Positions 13,641 to 23,361 of a DNA stretch of 48,923 nucleotides are shown here, piece by piece. Position numbers and translations under genes: made by a program. The notes under the pieces are model-generated. The model did no database searches. It was not told where the DNA came from and saw only the letters and a program-made list of their open reading frames with translations. Origin of the DNA: Tubiluchus corallicola (lineage: Eukaryota > Animalia > Priapulida); assembly GCA_030141605.1 (NCBI GenBank), contig JAQGDQ010001297.1, positions 1 to 48,923 of the forward strand. The letters are read 5' to 3'. Position 1 is the first letter of the stretch, and each line of letters starts with the position of its first letter.

Positions 13641-13849
13641 TTTTTTTGTCATTTCGATGCACTGTTTTCCTCAAATTAAACTAATACGACCTAATTACTA
13701 ATATTTATTACATAAGTCTCGCACTAGTGTCGCATAATTAACCAAACTAATTAATGTTGCAGATATGGGGGTCACTGCTAGGTGACCTCTTGGTCTTTTG
13801 TTACCCCATGTCAATTATCGCAGTAGTTTTATTCACAATTAAATATTGT

Positions 13850-14030
13850 ATATTGTGTAAAAGGGACAAATAAATTTAATTGAATTGAATTGTGTTTTTA
13901 AAAATGTATTGATTTTTTGCAGCTGTCATGGTGAATGCAGCATATTGTGTAAAAGGGACGAATAAATTGAATTGAATTGTGTTTTTAAGAATGTATTGAT
14001 TTTTTGCAGCTGTCATGGTGAACGCAGCAT
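13850..14030 (+). repeat. About 87-92-bp tandem duplication spanning the exon A splice acceptor
   Basis: attgtgtaaaagggac...tttttgcagctgtcatggtgaa(t/c)gcagcat occurs twice, with AGs ending at 13922 and 14009. Confidence 0.92.
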
Positions 14031-14092
14031 CCATTCAGTGTCATTTTTATGATGAAGCCTGTAAGTTGTCTGGAAATCACACTTGCATTGAG
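14010..14092 (+). CDS. ACVR2: Activin type II receptor-like, ectodomain exon A (VMVNAASIQCHFYDEACKLSGNHTCIE)
   Basis: tttttgcag acceptor and GAG|gtatgg donor. Phase-1 start fits the position after a signal-peptide exon, and the phase-0 end joins exon B in frame. C-x-F-Y pattern of the type II ectodomain start. Confidence 0.75.
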
Positions 14093-14535
14093 GTATGGCT
14101 TCACGTTCCTTCAGCAAGTTTAACTTGTGGTCATTATTGCATTTTTATGAATTTAAAATTTCACCGTATCCCCAACTTTCATATTCGAATGGGATAGTAG
14201 CTGAATGAAAAGCGAGTAGGTTTAAGTTTTTCCGTACCGTAAGCGTTTGCTGCATTTTGCATGGGTTCATGAAAAACTGCTCTCACAACGCAGCGATTAC
14301 GTTGTATTTGGTAATTTTTGTAGGTTTCTACACCTCACACAATGGGTTTTAATGCAAAATTATACATGACATGCATTTGCTTACCTTAGACGAATTAAAA
14401 ATCGGATAATTTTAACAAAAAAATTGACAAAAGCTTTCAGCAGCTGCAGTGTTTGCACTGTAACAATGTACAGTATCACTTGTGCTAAATTGGCTAATGC
14501 AGAAAATTTCAACTATCCAGACACAAGACTCTTAT

Positions 14536-14940
14536 TAGGTGTGAGCATCGAACGTTCGAATTCAATTCGAACGAGTTTTTTTAGTTCGAACTCGATTCGA
14601 ATCCAAAACTATAGATTCGAATAATTCAGCACTTCAATCACACATGTTCTTTATCACTAAAACGATTGAAACATCATGCAATTAGCGTAATTTAGCAGTG
14701 ATTTCTGCACACAATTTTAAAGAAATTACTAGTCGTTTTATTGCGGAACAAAATCTAGTGATATACATGATCTTTGTAAGACTAATTTTACAGGTGGTTC
14801 GAAACTTGTTCGAAAATCTTTCGATCTCAATTCGAATTCGGTTCGAATTCGAAACACTGAAGTTCGGTTCGATTTGAATTCGAAAGTCACAAATTCGGTT
14901 CGATTCGAATTCGCTTTCTGGTAGAGAATGCTCACCCCTA
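14536..14940. mobile_element. hAT (Ac-like) MITE
   Basis: TIR taggtgtgagcat / atgctcacccta-type, perfect 8-bp TSD actcttat (14528-14535 and 14941-14948), and dense ttcga subterminal repeats. Confidence 0.93.
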
Positions 14941-15485
14941 ACTCTTATACACTTTGGCTTCAAATCTACCCTATTTTTAAGGAGAAATTTGTGTTAAAAG
15001 ATGAAACGACCTTAATTTATCCTTGGCTGATTGGTTGGTTTTTCCTGGAATAGCAACAGAACACTGTACAGCTTGGGTTGTAGTAAGCAAGTGATCAATA
15101 TATTAGTGTGTACAGTTACGCAAGTGTACACCAGACCAAGCTACTCAATAGGCTAAGTTGGAGTGTCTGAAAAGGACTTGTTTTTCTTAATTTTATTCAA
15201 TAAAATCACTTATAAATGTTTAAACAAATAGCATATTGGACCGCCGAGATTCTCCTAAATAGAACAGTACGTAATTTGTAATCATTTAGTTATGTCTGTG
15301 CTCATACAGCAGCAGAAAGTCATAGGTCTTATAAGACCTATTTTGAATGGTGCAGTTCTGAAGGAGTTGAGTGTTTAGATGTGTGTAGTGTAGTTAATAG
15401 ACATTACCTAAAAGAAAATTAGCAAAGCTGGTCTGCCATATTGCTTGTTTTAATTAAAATTCACGCTTATGTACTCACACTGGAC

Positions 15486-15890
15486 CTATTCATCATTACA
15501 TGTCGTCTGACATGACCCCCTGATCACTTTACTCCATGCTGCCCTGTCCCCCACAACCTCCCATGTCTCTGCATTTTTGATATCTAATTGAGTGTTGATA
15601 AAAAAATTTTGGATGAAATTAATGTAAGTCGGCAGCTGTCCTCCTTGTGGTTTCTTTTCTTTCTGCACTGCTTCTTTGAAAGGTAATTTTAATGTGCTGC
15701 CATCTGGTAGTCGTATAACATGTTCTATCCATCTTAATCTTCTCCTTTTGATTTTGACTTAATTTTACTGATTCTGGTTTGATATTTTTGGTCATTTTAT
15801 TCCTAGAGAGTTCCTGTAGTTTCTTCTTTAAAATGCATCAATTTCTGATTCGCGTTGTGTTTTAATTGTCCATAATTCTATTGTAGCAAG
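15486..15890 (-). mobile_element. Older degraded LINE 3' fragment, related to 16576-17330 (mirror about 32887-33291)
   Basis: Remnants IKRRRLRWIEHVIRLPD and KKPQGGQLPTY...TWEVVGDRAAWSK. Boundaries approximate. Confidence 0.75.
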
Positions 15891-16575
15891 GTAATAATGC
15901 ACAGGGATTAGTAGAGGAAATCTTAATTTTCAGCAGAATGTAATTTCAGTTCAAAAGTTTTTATTACCTCTTCAGTACTAATCATAAGATTAGGAACTGA
16001 ACGATGAGTTAATAGAGAATTTAGTATTCTCGAGTGATTTTTGGTTAGATCATATGGTTGATCATTATTGTTGCACAAGCTGGAGAATTATCGATAACAC
16101 AGTCCATGATATTAATGAAATCAAAATTATTTTGTAAAAATTGATTTTGAAATAAGACACTTCAAATGTAAATGGCTGTCACTGTTCTAGAAAAAAAGTT
16201 GCTCTGTACAATTACTAGTATCAGCTTTCTTGTTTGTTATTATTCGCATTCCAACCTATAATCACTACAGATTTTCTCTGCTTGCTGTGTCAATAAAAGG
16301 TATTGTCACCTGAAACAGACAATGAAACTATACGAAATCATACTTGTTGCAACTGGTTTGAGATGTTCTTGAACATTGACCCCGTGACGGCCATTCTTAG
16401 GTTTTTTACGAAATATCTGAATCTTTCGCTGCTCAGTGTTAACGGCTAGTTTAAATTATTCAGAAGAACGGTGTCGGCTTTTGGTACTTGATGCAGTAGC
16501 TTGAGTGAAAGGCTGGAGCAAATCTAAGAGCCTTATTGTTCTGTTTGTATTCAAAGCTAATGTGAGTGAAATCCA

Positions 16576-17330
16576 TCATCATCCGATGAATCATACGTCC
16601 AGTGACATGATTCTGCTCACCTCCCTATGCCAGATCATCATCATCATCATCATCATCATGTAATGAATCATACGTCCAGTGACATGATTCTGCTCACCTC
16701 CCTATGCCAGATCATCATCATCATCATCATCTAATGAATCACACATCCAGTGACATGATACTGCTCACCTCTCTATGCCAGATCATCATCATCATCATCA
16801 TCATCTAATGAATCACACGTCCAGTGACATGATTCTGCTCACCTCCCTATGCCAGATCATCATCATCATCATCATCATCTAATGAATCACACATCCAGTG
16901 ACATGATACTGCTCACCTCTCTATGCCAGTTCATCATCATCATCATCTAATGAATCACATGTCCAGTGACATGATACTGCTCACCTCCCTATGCCAGGAC
17001 TCCCTGCTCGCCGCAATGCCCCAAGTGGATTTATTTCTAAGGATCAATGCTGAAGTGTTTAAATCTTTCTGTGCAGAATCTAAATATGTTAACATTTGTC
17101 CTCCTGCAGGTTTTTTAGCTGGTTCTATGGCTTGTTGAAGAGCTATCTTCACTGGAATATCATCAGGTAGTCTAAGCATACGCCCAATCCATCTTAAACG
17201 GCGTCTTTTTATTTTTCTTGTCCAAGGTTCTTCTTTTATTTTTTCATATAGATCTTTATTTGAAATGTTCTTTGGCCATCTGATACCCAAAATGTTTCTG
17301 TAATTTCGCCTTTGAAACGCATCGTTTTCC
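16576..17330 (-). mobile_element. 5'-truncated RTE-like LINE with six tandem copies of its 3' end and (GAT)n tail
   Basis: ILGIRWPKNISNKDLY...IKRRRLRWIGRMLRLP is a C-terminal LINE ORF motif. Probable TSD agtgaaatcca / agtgaaaatcca. Confidence 0.87.
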
Positions 17331-19206
17331 AGTGAAAATCCAGTGATTTAGAGCATTTCAAGCAACGTGGGGAATCTTTATCTTTGGCGAAGTCAAGACT
17401 GTTGTAATCTAAAGAAGGGTTCAGCTATTTCAGTTCAAGCTTTTATTTGGGCTAAACTAAGCTATTTTTGACTGCATGTAAAACTTTACTGGGCCGGCAT
17501 TAGGATTTTTGCAAAAAAGAAGTAACATGGATTAAAAAAATTCACGCAGTCTGTTAATTTAGTTTGCCATTAAAGTCAAAACTTAAGAAACAAGAATACC
17601 CTCCCCACTTACATAAAGCTTGAAAAATTCGTCTTGAAATTTTATACGGCTCACATACTGCCTTTTTGTATATAGGGTTTGCGGTAATGCTGTATAAAAC
17701 TCGTAAATTTAAATTCCCGTGATGACCGTTAGGCGGAGCCATTTTAGTGGTAGGTTGTTTGAAACAAGTTTAGATAACATTGCGTGAAGTTTGAAAAAAT
17801 AATCAGAGCATTCGTAGCACACATGTTACTGTATCTTGTCAATAAGATTAAAAATACGTTTTTTGGTTAGTGAGTGGTGCACCCTGGAAGGTGAGTCAGC
17901 GACATTTTACCAATTGGCACAAACATTTTAAGTTATTATTTTTAGTTACATAAGTCTTTCCAGCAGGCAAGCAAATGCTAAGTAATATAGATTTGCGTGG
18001 AAAGTTTTTTGGCTCATAATTTAACATTTCCTTTTCTTCCCCTGATTTATGTGGCATAGTGACGTCATGTAATGGCGACTTCAGCACAGTATTGCGCGAG
18101 ATTTTAAATGTAAACAAACAAAAATTCCTTTCAGCACGAATACGATGTACGTATAAAATTGCTATAAAGTAATAAAATTTTTTAAAGGGGATTTGTTGAA
18201 ACCTACTTGAGGTGCCCCTTTTCTTGTCCTTTAAACTGTTTTCTCTTTCTTTTTTGAGCACTAGGTGTGCACTGTTCATTGTACCTGGGTTTTTCAATGA
18301 CAAGGAATTAGCAGACCTGCCAACTTCTCTCGCATTTTAAGTCTTTCTCATACAAGCAAAACTTTTTGGGGCGTAATTTGTCGCCTTGGACCCCTGCCAG
18401 TGATGAGATGATTCTTGGGTCTCTGATTTTTACATCAAATAGTTGGCGGCTTTCTATCTTTTTACCTCATTTGACTGATTGTTTGACAATCAAAGCTACT
18501 GTGCGAATCTTAACGATTCTCATTGATAGCAAGCTGTCAGATGCTGTCATCAGTGGCGTAGCTACACACATGCAAGAGGTCCCAGAGCGGGGGCTCTGAT
18601 AAGGTGACCACTGATGGTCTTGAATAATTATGCTAAAATTAAGAAGGTGTCGTCTTGAGCACAAAGTGAATGTGTTTATCAGAGGTCAGCAGTTGTAGCC
18701 TGTAGTTTTTCACATTTTATCCTTTTAAACAGTGAATGTGAATGTCAGATATGAGATGCACATCATCACAGAACAATAAGCGTTTTCATGGTTTCAGCGA
18801 TTGATGATGATCGTGAAAAGGTCAAAGGTTAAGTGTACCAGACAATGCCCACACTGTTGTAATAGTAACACTTTTAACAGCTAGCTAGAATCTTATCTAG
18901 TTCATTATTTCTTGTTCCCAAGCAAGATCCTGCTAGTATGCACAGACTAACGCACAATTAAGTACAATCCAAGTAAAACAACTGAAGTTACTGAACTGAT
19001 ATGGCAGACAGGTTTGCTTTACACATACATTACGTGACAGTTGTAGCTAAGATGTGTTGCTATGGTACATCAACTGCACGTGTGCACAACGAAACTGTGA
19101 AAAGGCTTATGATGATTAAGTTATCAAAAACTGCAACGTTAGTGTAAACATGAAACTGTGTTGAACTGCTAGTATCAGTTCTCATTTGTTGAACTTGATT
19201 TTACAG

Positions 19207-19332
19207 GCCTGTACAACGAATGAGGTTGTTGCTGATGTTGGGCAGTGTTACACATTGTGGAGAAATGATTCTGGTACGGTAACCGTCCTTCATAGAGGAT
19301 GTTGGCATACGGTACAACCAGAATGTGAACAG
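19207..19332 (+). CDS. ACVR2: Activin type II receptor-like, ectodomain exon B (ACTTNE...CYTLWRNDSGTVTVLHRGCW...CEQ)
   Basis: ttttacag acceptor and CAG|gtaaat donor. CY-x-x-W-x-N and GCW motifs of the type II receptor three-finger domain. Confidence 0.92.
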
Positions 19333-19392
19333 GTAAATAGATGTTGCACCTGCGCCTCATCCGATGAGCCTTTTCTTTTGGTGATAATTTTA

Positions 19393-19635
19393 TGTGTGTG
19401 TGCCATTGTAGATTGTATGATTTGCAATTGTGTCTCTTTTTCTTGTTTGTGTGTGTGTGTGTGTGTTTGTGTGTGTGCATGTGTGTGTGTGTGTGCGTGT
19501 GTGCATGCATGTGTGTGTGTGTGTGTGCCATTGTAGATTGTATGATTTGCAATTGTTTGTCTCTTCTTCTTGTTTGTGTGTGTGCGTGCGTGCGTGCATG
19601 CGTGTGTGCGTGCGTGTGCGTGTGTGTGTGTGTGG
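19393..19635. repeat. (TG)n microsatellite with internal duplicated block (mirror about 29128-29367)
   Basis: tgccattgtagattgtatgatttgcaattg occurs twice between TG runs. Confidence 0.93.
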
Positions 19636-20293
19636 TGTTGATGTCATTTGAGTTTAATTAAACGTATGTAGCTTAATCTGTTTCTTCTCGTTTGTTTTGT
19701 TATCTTTTTACTAGTAGTATTTAGTTTGAAGAAACCAAAAAACTTGAAATTTAGTTTTAAGATTTTATTCTGAAGTGCCTACCTAAACAGTGAAGTAGTG
19801 TCATGTTGAAAAGGAGAAAACCAAGTGACCAAAACTACAGGTGAAATCATTTAGGTGTGAAAACAGGTTTAGAGATTATGCATTCATAAAGACTGTAGAA
19901 GCCAATGAAAATTTAAACAGTAAAGAGAAAGATTTAACAATTTTAACAAGAACACCTGAAGGTGGCAGCACTATCCAAAACTCAAAAAAGTATGACAATA
20001 CAACATAAATTTAAATTTAGAGTAATTAAAATGATTTTCTTCTGTCCAGTATTATTTCCTTGTTTCCAACCTATCATCTTGGTACACAATTAGTTATATT
20101 CTGTGTTTAACTCTTGTCCACACATGCATGCGCGATTACTTAGAAATACCATAAGTTCTAGCTTTTAACGAATATTAGGTTTTTTAATTGATTTCTTCAG
20201 CAACAGGCTTGAAGTCTAATAACTAGTTTATGTAACGGATTAAATTAAACATTTTAATTACTGATGTGGTTAATTATGTGGTACATATTTTAG

Positions 20294-20438
20294 AGTGAGT
20301 GTGTGGCTGTGTCGCCAACAGATGACCACTTGTTTTGCTGTTGTAATACTAACCTGTGTAATGCTGATATCTATCTGCGACGGATGCCTTCGGCAGCGCC
20401 AACAACTCATCTTATACCTGTTACAGATAATTACACAG
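20294..20438 (+). CDS. ACVR2: Activin type II receptor-like, exon C with cysteine box (SECVAVSPTDDHLFCCCNTNLCN...)
   Basis: ttttag acceptor and G|gtaagt donor. The frame is not in the ORF track but gives FCCC-x4-CN. Phases (0 in, 1 out) match the neighbouring exons. Confidence 0.92.
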
Positions 20439-20475
20439 GTAAGTAATGTTTGCTCGTGTGTTTTATGCAGTCTTG

Positions 20476-20691
20476 TAGGGATGTTAAATGATACACATTT
20501 GGCGGTACGATAATGATACAATACGATACGTTCTTCCAACGTTACGATATCGTAAAGCTGTTTTCAGAGGATACGATATGATATGATAAATAAATACTTT
20601 ACTTTACGTCTCAATGCTGAATGTGTGGTCAGTTATTGTCCACATGTGGTCAGTTATTGTCCCAAGAGTCTCAGTGCCTTGCAACACCCTA
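20476..20691. mobile_element. Possible small hAT-like MITE remnant
   Basis: tagggatgtt / aacacccta ends and cgata repeats. No clear TSD. Confidence 0.45.
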
Positions 20692-21016
20692 TTTTTTGTA
20701 GACTGTTTCCCGATAAATGTATAGATACATGTAAACTATGACAAAATTCTCTTCTTTGTGATGTAATGTGGTATAAATAGTGATTCAGTATTTTCACTGG
20801 TCATCAATTTTATTAATTTATTAAAAAATGTAAGTTGTTAGGAGAAATGTCCAGTTTGTGGTCATGAGGAATGCATATAGTGGTTAGTACGGTGCATTAA
20901 ATGTTAGGAGAAATTTACTTTACGTTATTATTGCTTTATTGTTGCTTTACTTACTTTACTTTACTTTATTATTGCATTACTTACTTTACTTTACTTTTTT
21001 TTATTACATGTTTCAG

Positions 21017-21711
21017 ATGCTGAGATGAACCAGTTGTTTAGAGTTCTGCTGTACACATTTGTACCCATACTGGCGTTGGTAATCATCATTGTTGTAGTGT
21101 TTTGGCTTTACCGATACAGCAAGCTGCGCTCTGAAAAACCATCACCAACGAACCACTTATTGGTCACTGATGACACTACGCCGCACGTTCATGTCATGTG
21201 CGATGTACAAATGGTTGCGGTTAAAGCCAGGGGGCGCTACGGTGCTGTGTGGAAGGCCAACATTGCCGACCGCTTTGTTGCTTTGAAAGTGTTTCCCGTG
21301 GCCGACAAGGATTCGTGGCTTCGTGAGAAAGTCATCTACTCGTTACCACGAATGAATCACGAGAACTTGCTCCGTTTTGTCTCCGTGGAGGAATGCGGTA
21401 AAGGGTTACAGCGGGAGTTTTGGTTGCTCACGGATTACCACGAGAACGGCTCCGTTTCCGATTATCTCAAATCGAATTGCGTAAGTTGGCCGGAGTTGTG
21501 CCGCATTGCGTTGACGATGTCGCGAGGATTGGCCTACCTTCACGAGGAGATTCCGGCAGGAAAGACCGTCGGCAGAAAACCGGCGATTGCTCATAGGGAT
21601 TTTAAGAGCAAGAATGTTTTACTGAAAGATGATTTGTCGGCTTGCATAGCTGATTTTGGCTTGGCGATAGCATTTAGTGGGAACAAGGATTTACAAGATG
21701 TTCAGATGCAG
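21017..21711 (+). CDS. ACVR2: Activin type II receptor-like, exon D: transmembrane helix and kinase subdomains I-VII
   Basis: TM segment then KARGRYGAVWKA, VALKVF, HENLLRF, GLAYLHEE, AHRDFKSKN and IADFGLA. No GS domain, so type II. tttcag acceptor and CAG|gtatgc donor. Confidence 0.96.
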
Positions 21712-21788
21712 GTATGCTGACTCCTCATTTTGCTCAGTGTTTCTATAAAATTTTGGATACAATAGTTAGGCCAGTCATGTACCAAGTT

Positions 21789-22523
21789 TAGGATTGCCAG
21801 ATTAGAAAATTAGAACTATAGGACACTCTTAAAATTTCTTTCTATATATATTCAGATATAAATTTATACATGACTAACCCCCATATCAATATATTATATA
21901 AAAGTAGAGACATAAGTTTAAAACATGAAGCAAGTGATTTTAATGTGTTATGAGACAAACTGTAGTCACAGAAACACTGCGTACAGAGGTTAATACCACT
22001 GAATGTTTTATTGTAACATAATCAGTACATAAATGTCCTGCATATCCCATAAAGTAGCTTAACCTGAGTGTTCAGAGCACAGGTGAGAAAAGCAGACAGG
22101 TGACTAGCAGGTAAGAAACAGAAAAACTGGCCAAAACCGAAAGCTTTACATTCTCGCCACAGACGGCGCCTTGTGCACGAATTTGTAAGCAAGATTAACA
22201 AAAAAAGCTAAGTCTGCTACATAAACAAAAGTAAAATCATTTGAAAATTATTTAATACAGACAACGGAGAAATATCATTACATTTATTAATTGTTACATT
22301 TGGATTATTTGTATCAAAAGAATCTGAGAAAAGGAAGTACAATTACTCACAAAGCTACTACTAAGAACCGTAAGAACGTAGTGAAAATATATTTTTGTCA
22401 CGAAATTTGAAAATGAACTAAATACAGGACATTTGGGTGTCCCTGAAAGTTCAGTACGGGACAGGAAACAAAATTATCAAATATGGGACATGTCCCATAT
22501 ATAAGGGATGTCTGGTGATCCTG
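21789..22523. mobile_element. hAT (Blackjack-like) non-autonomous element
   Basis: TIR taggattgccaga / tctggtgatcctg, 8-bp TSD accaagtt / accaagct, and ggaca/tgtcc subterminal motifs. Confidence 0.85.
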
Positions 22524-22748
22524 ACCAAGCTGGAGACTGATAAAAACACATGGCACTGCGATATTAAAACTGTTTAATGATATTTTATTGCTTGTTTTAT
22601 ATGAAAGCACACCCAGCTTAGACATGGAAAAATTTCCCATACAGCTTTTCCTAAACACTTTTACTAAGTGCTGTCAGGTCCATTTTCTTGTTGTGTGTCG
22701 TGTCTAAATTACTAAATTCCAGTTCTGTATTACTATCTTAGTATCTTA

Positions 22749-23250
22749 CTTCTTCTTCTTCCCAGCTTTTCCCTATTCGGGGTCGCCGTTGTGAATGAGT
22801 CTTCTCCACGCATTCCTGTTGTTGACCATCTCTTCATTTATGTCTTCCCTTCCCACATGATGTTCAACGACTCTTCTTTTCAGGTGTCCATACCATCGCA
22901 ATCTTGCAAGGCTTCCACTACTTTTACTGTTCCTCTGATATTATTATTTCTAATTTTATCTCTTCTTGTTATTCCCACCATCCATCTCAACATCCTCATC
23001 TCCACCGCACCCATTTTCTTCTCTTCGGTCTTCTTTAGAGAAGCTGCTTCCAGCCCATAGATTAGAGCGGGTCTGACCACTTCTTTGTGGACTTTCCCTT
23101 TAAGTCTCACCGACTCATTCATAGAAGGTTTTGGCGCAGTTTTTACAGGCGGATGCCCTTCCTGACCCTAACCCTCCCTATTTATCCGGGCTTGGGACCG
23201 GCACTGAGTTGGGCTGGCTTGCCCCCCCCCCCCCCAGTGGCTAGGTTATC
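22749..23250 (-). mobile_element. Internally deleted RTE-clade retroelement (5' UTR fused to 3' ORF end, (GAA)n tail)
   Basis: 19-bp TSD ttactatcttagtatctta, VRPALIYGLE...MLRWMVGITRRDKIRN coding remnant, and RTE-type 5' motif tgccggtcccaagcccggataaa. Confidence 0.88.
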
Positions 23251-23361
23251 TTACTATCTTAGTATCTTACTATCTTATCTATAATATGCAATTCAGTTTG
23301 TATATTAGTGTGTTTGCTAGAAGTTTGGACTGCAACTCTTCAGTATTTTTATTTCTCCTAC

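Larger units (their letters stand above)
1..23361. repeat. Left arm of window-spanning inverted repeat
   Basis: Window start ctttcacattcatgtaaagggcgc is the reverse complement of the window end, and the ORF track is mirrored (1670..1852- vs 47072..47254+). The match stops at ...atttctcctac (23361). Confidence 0.99.

Noticed and set aside
13077-13674. Poly-L/V/I/S/Y ORFs (and mirrors 35113-35710)
   Set aside because: Translations of trinucleotide microsatellite.
14424-14963. ORFs rich in SNSNRIRI
   Set aside because: Translations of ttcga subterminal repeats of the hAT MITE.
16576-16997. Repeat-spacer pattern resembling CRISPR
   Set aside because: The spacers are (CAT)n runs and the repeat is the 3' end of the adjacent LINE.
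17487-18600. hAT-like terminal motifs (17489, 18312, 18551) and the 135-aa ORF 17896..18303
   Set aside because: No convincing TIR pair with a TSD, and the ORF has no recognisable motif.
19333-19661. Cys/Val- and His/Thr-rich ORFs
   Set aside because: Translations of (TG)n. Only 19207-19332 is exonic.
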